Shown piece by piece: positions 1 through 10,851 of a stretch of 64,000 nucleotides of DNA. This DNA is from Candidatus Amesbacteria bacterium (GTDB taxonomy: Bacteria > Patescibacteriota > Microgenomatia > CAZETR01 > Amesbacteraceae). A program made the position numbers and the translations under genes. The notes below the pieces were generated by a model. That model did not search any database. It saw only the letters and a program-made list of their open reading frames with translations, and was not told where the DNA came from. Where the stretch lies: contig CAVTQH010000003.1 in NCBI GenBank assembly GCA_963736875.1, forward strand, positions 1,756 to 65,755, given 5' to 3'. Numbering within the stretch: the first letter of the stretch is position 1; each line of letters starts with the position of its first letter.

Positions 1-59
1 CGGTGGTTGAATCCGTTTGCGCTATATCTCCCATACTTGAACCATCACAGGAAATGACA

Positions 60-1253
60 TTACCGACAAGTGATTGAGTGCCGGCGCACCAGGTAATACC
101 AATGTATTTGGTATTTGACGCTGTAAGTGCAATAGCAGGATTCATAGCCGATGCAAGCGGTGAATTTGCCGGTAAGAGGATTAGTTTCCCCAATATCGTA
201 GATGTTGTTTTGGGTGCTGTCTTCCCAGGCGAATATCTTTGATAAACGGAGAAAGTTCACCCTGCGGTGAGGAAGTATCTCCAGGCTGTTTGCTCCGGTT
301 CGATATTGGTGTTTTCCAAATCAACAATGTTACCGGTGGTTAAACAGGCGAAGGCATCATTGTCATAAGCATGTAAGCTAATGATATTTATGCCGTAATC
401 GCCAGGTTTAACATCGCCGAAGTTCCAGAAACGGTCTCCTTCTCCCAGATCTTTCAGATCCCAGAGAGTGCAGGTGCCACCAATAATCTGGTAGGTGCAG
501 TCGTATGGATGGACGCTGACATTATCCAGAAATACACCCAGGGAATTATTTGTACCACCGCCGATGAACTCTATCTTTGTTGTTGCATTGGTTGCAGTGA
601 AATCATAGGTGTGTTCTGTCCAAACAATGCTGCCTCCACCGGCAGACTGGTCCCTGTTGTTGGACCTGAACACCATCGATATTTACATAGAGAGTATTTT
701 CGGTACTAGCAGTGCTCGGGCGGGGTGAAAAGTAGTAGTGAAGTCTGTACTTTGCACCGGGAGTAGTGGCAATATCCTGGTAAATTTTTATCAGTGCCGG
801 CTCTCCGTTTAACGGATCGTTCGGGCCAAACCAATCGGAGTCAAGCTCTGCATATTGGTCGCCGTCTTGGGCAGGTCCCAGAACACCTTCATGGTATTCC
901 GCTAAGGCTGGTGTTGGCCGACTACGACCACCATAGGAGGTAGTACTTCCAACCCAATCAACAGTCCAAATAAGTCCGGCTGTGCCTGACGGGAATATTT
1001 GCCATTGAGCCGGATTTGTAACTTCGGGAATCTTCAAAACTGCCGTTTTGGATAAGGTTTACTCCGAGATTTTCCACACAGTCTTTAGTACACGGATTCC
1101 CGTCATACATGGCATACGTATGGTCGACTTTTAAATCTATTTTCCCTGCGGTAAATACATTATTGGTTGACGTTTCAGTGTCGCTGAAGTAGGCATTGGT
1201 GACATATAGTGCACCGCCGACTACAGCTCCAAGTGCGATGATGCTTAATAATA
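60..1253 (-). pseudogene. TasA/camelysin-like secreted protein, paralog E, split across at least 3 frames. It has a SipW-cognate-type signal peptide and a ~250-aa inserted beta-sandwich-like domain (NGSFE...DNVSV).
   Basis: Minus-strand translation from ~1253 gives ..KKILLSIIALGAVVGGALYVTNAYFSDTETSTNNVFTAGKIDL.., with no clean ATG. Continues in ORFs 603..1037 and 257..676, where DVKPGDYGINIISLHAYDND matches the paralog core motif. Frames differ. Confidence 0.5.
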
Positions 1254-1381
1254 TTTTTTTAATGTTTATTCACCCCCTTTCATCGTTTTCATACACAACC
1301 CTTAGTTCCGACATAACATCGGAACTCAGGGCTGTCCTCTATCCTTCGACTAGCTCAGGATAAGAGGAAAGCGAGAGCAGA

Positions 1382-2480
1382 TTAGTTTGGAAGGCAGAGA
1401 ACATGGAACACAATAGTGTTCCCGAGTCCATCTACCAAATCGTGCACGACATACCCTGTTTCCCCTAATGGGAATGTGTAATGGGGGTATACCGGGTAGT
1501 TAAATCCATCTACTGCGGGAGCGCTGGGTGCTGCCACTCCATTGCCTCCAACTGGATTAGTACTGGAGTCGATTCCGCCTCCAATAGCGGTTGTTCCTGC
1601 TGGACAAGACCATCCAGCCCAACCACCATCACCAAATCCTGCCTGAGTTCTATCAATCCTTATTGGTGGAACGCAAAGGAAGTTTGGATTATTACGTGAC
1701 TGCTCGATTCTGAAAGCCACATCAGCTGTTAAAGAATCAGTTTGGGTATCGTTACCCATACTGGCTCCATCACAGGAGATAGTGTGATCCACAATAGTCA
1801 TTGTTCCTGCACACCATTGAAGTCCGATACAAGTATTCGGATGTTCTGTTGATGTTGCTGGAAGTGGTAAACCATGGGTAGAATCAGCCAATGCGTAAGT
1901 CTTACCATTCAAAACGTCGCTAGCCGGACCTTTTTGGTTTGAGAATAACAGGACATCGTTTTCGTTGTACAAGTTATCACAATTGCCGTCAGCCCAAGCT
2001 GTAAATGTTAGGTTTTGAGCGAGCTTCTCCAACACTCTGGGTATTGTCAACTAGTGCTTCTGGTTCGGTCTGACCATTCTCAGCATTGACGAGATTGGTG
2101 ATATCAATACAAGCCCAGACGGGATTGTTATCGATATGCATACTGATGGTATTTTCACCATAATCGCCCGGTTTAATATCAGTTAAGTTAAAGAACTTTT
2201 CTGATACTAAGTTTCCTGCTGGCCAAGTACCGGTACATGCTGTTCCGATTAGACCGGGAAGGGGATTATTAACAAGTGTATTATCTTCATCAGCCCAAAA
2301 TCCGCCTATACAGACCATTCCATCATAATGTGCGGTAGAGTCGATGGTTAAGTCGACTGCGCCTGCCTGGAATTTATTACCTGTGGATGTTTCGGTGTCA
2401 GAGAAGAAAGCGTTGGTGGCTAAAAGAGCCACACCTCCAACTGCTCCGGTTACTAAAATTCCTAAAAGTATTTTTTTCAT
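1382..2480 (-). pseudogene. TasA/camelysin-like secreted protein, paralog D, with a SipW-cognate-type signal peptide and one apparent frameshift near 2000-2050.
   Basis: ORF 1989..2480 reads MKKILLGILVTGAVGGVALLATNAFFSDTETSTGNKFQAGAVDLTIDS... DIKPGDYGENTISMHIDNNPVWAC. ORF 1382..2050 continues (LTFTAWADGNCDN..YALADSTHGLPLP..TDSLTADVAF) and is homologous to the same regions of paralogs A and B. Confidence 0.55.
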
Positions 2481-2556
2481 TATTCTTATTCACCTCCTTT
2501 CAAAATGATTTCAAATTAATTAAATGTAATTTAAGGTAATTGATAAATCTTGACGG

Positions 2557-3599
2557 TCAGGTTACCGGAATTGTCTCCGTACCATCCCGTATTAATTGCG
2601 GGAGATGTTGTGAATCTCCGTCAAACATCAGGAATTTAATGGGATTTCCGGTACCAGTGTAGTTAAAGTTATAAATATGGGAGGCATTGTATGCACCCCA
2701 GTTTATAAATGCTCCGTCGACCTGCAAATCAAATTCGTTGGCACCCAGAAACCAAGGCGTGATATCGTATCCATCCATATGGGTAACCCATCCGTTTTTG
2801 GTGGTATATTCGGAGTCTGCCAAGTTAGACTGTTTGTCCACCACCCGGAAGCTTCCAAAAGATAATTTCCTCCCGAAGCCGGAGAAACGTTGGATAGAGT
2901 TTCGGTAAATTTATTAGAGGGAACAGTAACTGTATCGATCAGGGCATTGACGCATTTTTTGAGATTCGGATCCCAGATCCGGCCGGTGCCGGTGTCGGGG
3001 GAAGGGGATTGGGATTGTTTCTGACCTGGGTGGCATAGAAATCTTCGGTGAAAGTGAGATTATCACCCTGGGCCCAGTTGGTGACGGATGTGGCAAGATG
3101 GAAACTTTGGTACATTTTGATTTCAGTGACCCCCGGGATTTGACCTAAAGGAATCCAGCAGGAGACGGCGTCTGATAAGAGGATGTGGTCGTTAATATCA
3201 ATAATGGTTTGATTATTTGAAGTCAGATCGTATTCCATGTAATTTTGGATGTCTGATTTTTCCCCATTTTTTAATTCTTCTTCAATTTCCGGTTCGGTTT
3301 GGGTTCCTTGTGTCGGCCACCAATTCTTTTAAGATGCATCCAGACCCAGGCAGGATTATCGTCTATATTAAGGGTTTTTTCGACATTGTGATCGGATCGC
3401 CGGGTTTGAGGTCGGTGATGGTGACAAGAGCGGAGGGATTGTCACTTTGATTAATTTTTAAATCAAGCTTGCCGGCGGTGAAAGTATTACCTGAGGAAGT
3501 TTCGGTGTCGGAAAAGAAGGCGTTTGAGACAAGGAGAGTACTGGAGGCAACGACTCCGGTTACCAAAATGCTGGTAAGAACTTTTGGTAGAAACCGCAT
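2557..3599 (-). pseudogene. TasA/camelysin-like secreted protein, paralog C, fragmented over at least 3 frames.
   Basis: ORF 3363..3599 reads MRFLPKVLTSILVTGVVASSTLLVSNAFFSDTETSSGNTFTAGKLDLKI..DLKPGDP. Pieces at 2939..3238 and 2557..2844 on the same strand continue it. Confidence 0.45.
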
Positions 3600-3686
3600 G
3601 TTCTGTCCTGTAATTTTTGTACTAGTTGTAGTTTAGATTTGTTAAATTTTTAGTCAATTGGGACAAAGGGTATCACAGTATATAAA

Positions 3687-5895
3687 TTAGGGTGCAAGGC
3701 AACTGGGATTATTAGTGTTTATTTGTCCGGGAGTGCTGCAGCTTAAAATAAAATCGATAGTATTATTATTGGTGTCCTGGCCATCAGGGTAACGGGATAA
3801 TCCACTATCAAAAGCAATACCATCGTCGCCAGGGACAATAATCCCCATACCCTCAGTGTAACCGGAGGTGTCACCCTCATAACTAACGGTATCTATGAGG
3901 ACGGATTCAGAATATAACGTAACAGCATCGGGGCTGCCATTTTGAATCAAGGTAAGAATATTTAAATCGCAGTTGGGAACACTGGCTGAAGTGCCACAAA
4001 CGACAAAGTAATCGGAAGCGGCGAGGTTAATATCAGGGAGGTCTATAGTTTGGTAGGCGGAGGGAGGAAATACGGAACCATTAATTAGAAGGAGTCTATA
4101 TAAGCTAAGGTTTATGGAGTGGTCAGTGATATTTTTTAATTCAATAAATTCAGCATCATCTAGACCCGGTTGGTCGTAATCGATTTCGTTAATCACCAGG
4201 GGACTGTATCCCTCGGGTGTGGGGTCTCCGAGATCACATAGGCCATCACTATCGGAGTCCGGGCCGTCATTGCCCATGCTTGGGGTATAGGCCGGCCAAG
4301 GCGGAGTTGTCGGTGAAGAACTACTGGTGGGATTTTGGGAACAGTCGTCACAAGTGTCGGAATCAAAATCCTGGCATATCTGCGGATTCCACTGCGAAAC
4401 ATCATTAGGATCTATCGAGCCGTCGTTGTCATCGTCAGTGTCCAATACAATCAGCAAATGTGATCACCATCTGTATCCGGAAGATCCTTCGTCAGTCTGG
4501 CCATCGCCGTTATCATCTACGACCATTGCAGGTTTGCATCTCACGGCGGGTTACAATTCTCGTCGACGGTACCATCGCAATCGTTGTCTAGACCATCATC
4601 ACGAGTATTTCCGGAGCACCGGGATTAATTATGGGAGTCATCATCATCGCAATCTTGCCCATTTTCTATCCAGCCGGGAGTGGGATAACAGGCTTGAAAA
4701 GGTTTGAGTTCATATCCATATCCATCAGAGTCAAAATCGGGATACCAAGTCGGCATATCAATTGCGTTTTCATCAATTTCTCCGTCGCAGTCGTTGTCCA
4801 GACCGTCACAAACTTCAGGACCTGGAATACAGAGTGGTGTACAGACACTTGGTTGACCTGTACATCGATATCCCGGCTCGATAGTACAAGACCCGGAACA
4901 ACCATCACCGGGATTTGTATTGCCGTCGTCGCAGGTCTCATTTCCTTCAACCTGTCCGTCACCGCAGACAATACAGTCTTCATCAATTTGGCCGTCGTAA
5001 TCGTTGTCTTTACCGTCGCCGCAGACTTCGGTATATAGATCGGAGCATTTGAAAGTGTCCATGTGGCGGGACTGGACGGCGTTGAAGATGACGTCGCCAA
5101 CGAGACTGTCGGACTGAATAATGTTTGAAGTAGAGAGAGGTACTTTCCAGGAGACACCCAGACATGAGGTCTGATCTCCGGGGAGGGGACCGGTTTGAGT
5201 GGTGGAATCGGCAATGGCCCAGTATCCGCCCTGAGCCGGCTGGTCGGTGACCAAAACCTGTTCTACAGACTGACCTTCTACCCAATGGCATAATAAATGA
5301 TTCGGTTCTCCAGGCGGAGTAACAGTGTCGCAGATATTTTGGGGGACCGTACCGCAATCCGGATCCCAGTTGGGATCGTTGGTAACGCACTGTCCGGTGG
5401 TAGCTTGGGTATCCAGAATATTGTCACAGTCGGTGTCTTTCCAGACGGTAAAGAGAAGATTTTCTTTTAATTCTCCCTGACCGGGTCCGCAGTGTTGAAT
5501 CGATATCTGATTCCGGCTTTCACAGCCGTTATCGTCACTTGTCAAGTTGGCCACTTCGGCACACATCCAGGCGGGATTGTTAATGACATGCAGACTGATG
5601 GTGTCTTCACCGTAATCACCCGGTTTGACATCGGAAGATTAAAAAACAATTCTCCGGCCAAATCCTTCTGACCCCAGGTCCAGGAACAGGGTTCGGTGGT
5701 ATCTCCCCAGACACCGTTGGCACAAATTTTACCGTTGTAGTGGCAGGTGTTATCGACTCTGGAGATTAAATTTACCGGCGACGAATTTGTTGCCTGTCGA
5801 GACTTCGGTGTCTTTGAAATAGGCGACAGTGCCGCCGATAGTGAGGGCGATAACCGCACCGATCAGGCTGAATTTGAGAATTGTTTTTTTGGACA
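3687..5895 (-). pseudogene. Large TasA-like secreted protein, paralog B. Domains: signal peptide, TasA-like core, Cys-rich repeats (Myxococcus cysteine-rich repeat CGDGxxExxEx-CDDGNTxxGDGCSxxC; MopE-like CDGxDNDCDGxxDE) and a C-terminal lamin-tail domain. Multiple frameshifts.
   Basis: From 5895 the minus strand gives MSKKTILKFSLIGAVIALTIGGTVAYFKDTEVSTGNKFVAGKFNLQ. It continues in ORFs 5542..5859 and 4625..5566 (DVKPGDYGEDTISLHVINNPAWMCAE.., [42 protein letters not shown]), then 3687..4457 (NEIDYDQPGLDDAEFIELKN.. is lamin-tail-domain-like). Confidence 0.5.
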
Positions 5896-5909
5896 TGTTT
5901 ACTTATAAA

Positions 5910-7602
5910 TTAATTGCATGGCGGACAATAAAGGGCTCCGTTTACGCATTGATACCAGGGGCTCCAAAATGGACAACTTCTACACGAAGACCATTGTTCG
6001 GGAAATCTATCATCTACACCACTCCAACAATCGTCATCCATACCATTACATATTTCTGCAGCGTTTGGATGAACACTAGAATTGGAATCATTGCAATCAG
6101 TTTGCCCAAAAGGATAGATGTCATAAGAACCGCTGGGGCCGCATTTATTTATAAAGTCGTTAATAGCATAACCATCATTATCCTGGTCTTTGTAATAATT
6201 GTGCGTAGGGAATCCTTCGTCTGTTAATCCGTCGCAATCATTATCAATACTGTCACAGGTTTCTGTAGCACCAGGGTGAACAAGCGGGTTATTATCGTTA
6301 CAATCCGTGCTATTACTAACATAGCTAACGGGTGCAGCGCACGCCTGAGTAGTCAGAGACGATCTTCCGTAACCATCGCCGTCAATATCGCGGTAGTAAG
6401 TGTTTTTTACTCCTTCATCAACTGGCCGTCGCAATCGTTATCCAGGCCATCACAAATTTCCTCTGCCGGGATCGCCGGCGGTAGCGGAACAAATCGTTGG
6501 ACCGGAAGAATTTCGGGAATCACAGACATAGGTGCCGGAGGTGTGACATTGACCGACTGCCTACGGAACAAGCCTGGCCTTTATTGGTCCAGAGCGGACC
6601 TTCATCAACCTCTTTGTCGTAATCATTGTCCACACCGTCGCAGACTTCGGTGAAAAGATCGGTGCATTTGAAGTTGTCCATGTGGCGGGACTGGACTGCA
6701 GTAAATCTGATATCACCTTCGAAACTATCGGTTTGAATTATGTTGCTGGTTTCCAAGGGAACATTCCATGAGAATCCGTAACAGTTATTGGTGCCGCCGG
6801 GGAGGGGACCGGTTTGGGTGGTGGAATCGGCGATCGGCCAAAGAAGAGTATCAGCCGGTTGGTTGTTGACGACTACCTGTTCAGCCGGGGTACCGGGAGT
6901 TCCCGGGGTTCCGGGAGTCCAGTAACAGCCCGGTTCCGGTCTGTTACATTCTTCTTCCGTGTGAAAGTCGTCGCAGCTTACAGGCGGTCCATCACAGAAA
7001 TCTTCATTCCAATAGCAACCAAATATCTGACTTTCGGCTTCACAACTACCAGGATCAAGATAGTATGTGCAGGGATTAAAAAACTCACCCTCGCAATGGC
7101 CGTTAGTTCCGGGTACTCCCGGGGTCTCCGGGTCGAGGATGTTGTCACAGTCAGTATCTTTCCAGACAGTGAATTTGAGGTTGTTTTGCAGTTCACCTTG
7201 GCCAAGGCCGGGGGTGTCGCAACTGGTGGCAGGGTCATCGACCAGATTTTCCGGGAGTTCACAGCCGTTGTCATAGCTTTTGAGGTTATACAGTTCGGCA
7301 CAAACCCAGGCGGGATTGTTGTCGATTTTTAGAGTCAGGGTATTTTCACCGAAGTCTCCGGGTTTGACGTCATCGAAGTTGAAAAACAGTTCGTTGGATA
7401 AATCCTTGGGTGTCAGCCAATTACATTCGGTCACAATATCACCGTTGTAGGTGCATTGGCTGCCGACCTGGAGGTTGAATTTGCCGGCGACGAATTTGTT
7501 GCCTGCTGAGGTTTCTGTATCTTTGAAGTAGGAAACGGTGAAACCAATAACAGCAGCTACAGCTGCCCCGGCCAAAAGGATTTTGGGGAGTTTATGCTTC
7601 AT
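5910..7602 (-). pseudogene. TasA-like secreted protein, paralog A, with a SipW-cognate-type signal peptide and MopE-like Cys-rich repeats. Apparent frameshift(s) near 6440-6640.
   Basis: ORF 6520..7602 reads MKHKLPKILLAGAAVAAVIGFTVSYFKDTETSAGNKFVAGKFNLQ..DDVKPGDFGENTLTLKIDNNPAWVCAE..PGTPGTPGTP. Downstream ORF 5910..6434 carries repeated CNDxN..[21 protein letters not shown] motifs. Confidence 0.55.
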
Positions 7603-7710
7603 TAAAATTTCCGGGGGCAGAACGAAGGGCAGAAGAAACTGAACTTAAGCAGAAGTTTAAGCCCAAAAGGGGAAATGTCAAGAGAAGGGGATGATAGTAG
7701 ATGCACCTCG

Positions 7711-7783
7711 GCAGGCATAAATCCGTGCTCACGCGCAACTGTCGGAGCATGTGCCTGATTGCGCGCGGATTTATTATCCTGCC
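7711..7783. repeat. Imperfect long inverted repeat (hairpin) in the divergent intergenic region between TasA-like paralog A and fic.
   Basis: gcaggcataaatccg-tgctca-cgcgcaa (7711-7738) pairs with ttgcgcgcggatttat-tat-cctgc (7759-7783) around a ~20-nt loop. gcataaat recurs at 7790-7797. Confidence 0.4.
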
Positions 7784-7902
7784 TGCGTTGCATAAATATC
7801 CATACGCATTACCCCTGCATGCACACTATTAATATGTTGCGTCGAAAAACTGTCAGTCCTGTACCTTCAAGATTAATGCTTCCACCTGCTCACTGGAGGC
7901 TC

Positions 7903-7976
7903 AAATGTTAAACCATTGACATATTTTAAGACAAATGTTAAAGTTTTGCTTAAAGTTAACATATCGAGGCTAATAT
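7903..7976 (+). promoter_or_regulatory. Putative fic promoter/operator: three aTGTTAAa / GTTAAC-type repeats flanking a TTGACA -35-like hexamer, and a GAGG RBS 8 nt before the ATG.
   Basis: aaatgttaaa at 7903-7912, ttgaca at 7915-7920, aaatgttaaag at 7933-7943, taaagttaacat at 7951-7962, gagg at 7966-7969, ATG at 7977. Confidence 0.35.
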
Positions 7977-9116
7977 ATGCTTACCGATAAGGATATCCGA
8001 GAGCTTAAAAGGAGGGGAACACCCTCTTATTTACATCTGTTTCCGCCCGATACGCAAGGGTTATTCACTGATAAAGTTGTAGGACTGATTGGTGAGGCAA
8101 ACAGAGCTGTTGGTAACTTGAATAGTTATGCAAGAATAATTCCTAATCCTGATTTACTGATATGGCCGTTATTGTTAAAAGAGTCGTTGGCAAGTTCCAA
8201 AATTGAGGGGACTCAAGCATCAGTAAAGGATATATTGAGAAAGGATGTTAACCTCGGAACATCTGCTAGGGACATTGATGTCCGAGAAGTAATTAACTAT
8301 CGAGAAGCGACAAAGCTTGGTCTGAGTCTTTTGAATAAACTACCACTATCCGAGAGGTTAATTAAAGGAGTACATGGAAGATTGATGGCGGGAATGGTTC
8401 GTGGAGCGGAAAAAAGGACAGGGGATTATAGGCAAGGTCAAAATGCTATTGGAACTGAGGGAATTTTGGATGAAATCAAGTATCTTCCGCCTCCAGCTTT
8501 GGAAGTCCCGCAATTAATGCAAAATCTCTTCACATTTATCAACAATGATACTTTGGTTTACGATAAGTTAGTTCGCTGTGCGTTTATCCACTATGAGTTT
8601 GAAGCAGTTCACCCGTTTGCGGATGGTAATGGAAGGGTGGGAAGGCTGTTAATTACTCTCTACCTTCTTAAGGAAAGAGTTCTAAGGTACCCTTTAATAT
8701 ATCCGAGTGCTTATTTTTTGCATTACAAGGAAAGGTATGCAGATTGTTTGTTGAAAATTACAACTCAGGGGGACTGGACCGGTTGGTTGACATACTTCCT
8801 ACAGGGGATAGTGGAGCAGGCCGGAAGATCAGAAAGATTAATTGAAGAGATCGACTCAATTTATCAGGGTGCGAAAGAGGCGGTAAGACAGAATATGCAA
8901 AGCGTCCACGCTGAAAAATTAGTTGAGTTGGTTTTTAGGCGACCAATAGTGCTTGCTCCTGAAGTGTCCAGAGAGTTGATGGTGAATCATCAAACAGCAA
9001 TATCTCTGCTTAGAAGATTGTCCCAATTGGGTGTTTTGACTTTTAATCCAAAAACTAAGAAAAACATTCCCTTTATTAATTCAAAATTGATAGATTTACT
9101 GGAGAATGCGAGATAG
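7977..9116 (+). CDS. fic: Fic family protein (AMPylase/adenylyltransferase) with an N-terminal inhibitory motif.
   Basis: Canonical Fic motif HPFADGNGRVGRLL. Upstream (S/T)xxxE(G/N)-type inhibitory helix SSKIEGT. Intact 379-aa ORF. Confidence 0.85.
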   Translation: MLTDKDIRELKRRGTPSYLHLFPPDTQGLFTDKVVGLIGEANRAVGNLNSYARIIPNPDLLIWPLLLKESLASSKIEGTQASVKDILRKDVNLGTSARDIDVREVINYREATKLGLSLLNKLPLSERLIKGVHGRLMAGMVRGAEKRTGDYRQGQNAIGTEGILDEIKYLPPPALEVPQLMQNLFTFINNDTLVYDKLVRCAFIHYEFEAVHPFADGNGRVGRLLITLYLLKERVLRYPLIYPSAYFLHYKERYADCLLKITTQGDWTGWLTYFLQGIVEQAGRSERLIEEIDSIYQGAKEAVRQNMQSVHAEKLVELVFRRPIVLAPEVSRELMVNHQTAISLLRRLSQLGVLTFNPKTKKNIPFINSKLIDLLENAR

Positions 9117-9258
9117 CTTTTTTTTGGAGGTAGATTACAAGTAAATTGGTATTTGATATGTGGATGACTGCGCGCGTCGTATGAGACTCCTCCATCTGCT
9201 CGTCTTAGAGTAACAACATGCACGCTATTTATAAATCTGGCTGCTGTAAAATGTATTA

Positions 9259-10023
9259 ATGAATGTGTTGCAGGCGGTAATAATGGCGGCGGTGGAGGGG
9301 GTGACGGAGTTTTTGCCGATTTCTTCGACCGGGCACCTGATTCTGACGGCGAAGCTGTTGGCTATTGCACAGACTGATTTTGTCAAAAGTTTTGAGATTG
9401 TGATCCAGCTGGGGGCGATAACGGCCGTATTAATAATGTATGCCAGAAAGGTGCTGGCAAAATTGGCTTTGGTAAAACCGATATTGATTGCCTTTGTGCC
9501 GACGGCTTTGTGGGGACTTATGGCTTACAAATTTATAAAAGGATATTTGTTGGGAAATACAGCTGTAACTGTTTGGGCGCTTCTTCTGGGAGGAATTTTT
9601 ATGATTTGGTATGAGAGAAAAATGCGTAATAAAGAAGGTAAACTGAAGATTGAAGATCTGGACTGTAAAAAATCGCTTCAGATAGGATTATTTCAGGCGA
9701 TATCGATGGTTCCGGGGGTATCCAGGGCGATGGCGACGATTTTCGGAGGGATGGGAGCGGGACTGTCCCGGGCGGAAGCGACGCAGTTCTCGTTCCTTCT
9801 GGCAATTCCGACAATGGCGGCGGCAACGGGACTGGATCTTTTCAAATCGGGATGGTCGTTTACCACAGATGAATGGGGGATGTTATTTACGGGATTTATC
9901 GGAGCGTTTGTTTCGGCCTTCGTGGTGGTGAAGTGGCTGGTGGGGTATGTGCAGAAGCACGATTTTGTCGCCTTCGGAATATACAGAATTGTTTTAGCTC
10001 TGATATTTTTGTTGATTATTTAA
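9259..10023 (+). CDS. uppP: Undecaprenyl-diphosphatase (BacA/UppP).
   Basis: N-terminal EGVTEFLPISSTGHLIL motif, multi-TM 254-aa protein, C-terminal GxGxSRxxxT-like region. Confidence 0.8.
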   Translation: MNVLQAVIMAAVEGVTEFLPISSTGHLILTAKLLAIAQTDFVKSFEIVIQLGAITAVLIMYARKVLAKLALVKPILIAFVPTALWGLMAYKFIKGYLLGNTAVTVWALLLGGIFMIWYERKMRNKEGKLKIEDLDCKKSLQIGLFQAISMVPGVSRAMATIFGGMGAGLSRAEATQFSFLLAIPTMAAATGLDLFKSGWSFTTDEWGMLFTGFIGAFVSAFVVVKWLVGYVQKHDFVAFGIYRIVLALIFLLII

Positions 10024-10046
10024 TTACCTGACGTAATTAGGGATTA

Positions 10047-10132
10047 AGCCATTCGGCATTCGCAAATGCGTTTCTCGACTACCTGGTCGTTGCCTGGATC
10101 CAGCTGCGATACTATTTGCTGGAATGCCTGCA
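10047..10132. repeat. ~86-bp intergenic repeat, copy 1. Its direct-repeat partner is at 14628-14729.
   Basis: gccattcggcattcgcaaatgcgtttctcgactacctggtcg/ttgcctggatccagctgcgatactatttgctggaatgcctgca matches 14628-14729 almost exactly, apart from a 16-bp insertion in copy 2. Confidence 0.8.
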
Positions 10133-10188
10133 TGTCTTGTCAATCTGAATATTCATAAATACGCTCGCGCTTCGAGGTAAAAAGGGGA

Positions 10189-10827
10189 TTAGCCGGGGAA
10201 GAGGGGTGCGGGAGTGGGGGTAATTGTCGGGGGGCGGGTGGGAGTTGTATAAGTGTTGGTGGGACGGGGGGTGATGGTGGAAGTGGGAATCGGAGACGGA
10301 GCAGGCAGGACGATGACCAGAGACGATCCGGTAGCTTGTTTGCGGCAGTAAGTGGCAACGGCAAAAATATCTCCCTGACCGGGATTTTGGGCAATGAAAG
10401 TAGCCAGATTACCGCCCGGGATGAGGTTACCTATTGAGGTGGTGGAGCTCATGCCCCATTCATAAGTGACACCTTTCCAGATCGGACGGCCTTCTTTGTC
10501 ATAAGCCAAAGCGGAAAGACCAACCGGGGGACTACCTACAGTGGTTTGGACTTGTCCGGGATGAATGCGGACAGAGACGGGTTTGACCCGGCAGCCTAAA
10601 ATGGAAAAAGCGGCCTCGCCGGAAAGCGACTGGCGTAAAAGGACCGCACCGGTGGCTATGGGGAGGAAAGCAGCAAGGATAAGCAGGGGGAGAAGAAGTT
10701 TAAAGCGGCTTTTGTGATGTTGGGGAGGATGGGAAATAAAGTGGGGGACTTCGGTAGCCGGAGTCTCCTGAATAATCGGAGGGTTTGCCGGGGGAGAAAA
10801 ATCGACAGGAAGGGAATCTTCAGCCAT
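10189..10827 (-). CDS. Hypothetical membrane-anchored protein: N-terminal TM helix, a middle beta-rich (Ig-like?) region and a Pro/Thr-rich C-terminal tail.
   Basis: 212-aa ORF with LLLPLLILAAFLPIATGAVLL hydrophobic segment and ..PSPIPTSTITPRPTNTYTTPTRPPTITPTP tail. No recognisable catalytic motif. Confidence 0.4.
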   Translation of the reverse strand: MAEDSLPVDFSPPANPPIIQETPATEVPHFISHPPQHHKSRFKLLLPLLILAAFLPIATGAVLLRQSLSGEAAFSILGCRVKPVSVRIHPGQVQTTVGSPPVGLSALAYDKEGRPIWKGVTYEWGMSSTTSIGNLIPGGNLATFIAQNPGQGDIFAVATYCRKQATGSSLVIVLPAPSPIPTSTITPRPTNTYTTPTRPPTITPTPAPLFPG

Positions 10828-10851
10828 AAAAACAGTATATCATTCTTATTC

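Noticed and set aside
4631-7332. Long + strand ORFs (4327-4707, 4631-5038, 5829-6227, 6276-6653, 6814-7332) and alternative minus-frame ORFs (4666-5214, 5010-5390, 6978-7301) overlapping the TasA-like genes.
   Set aside because: Their translations are low-complexity or composition-driven (runs of R/S/P, or I/V/F) with no motifs. They are antisense or out-of-frame shadows of the Cys/Gly/Asp-rich coding strand.
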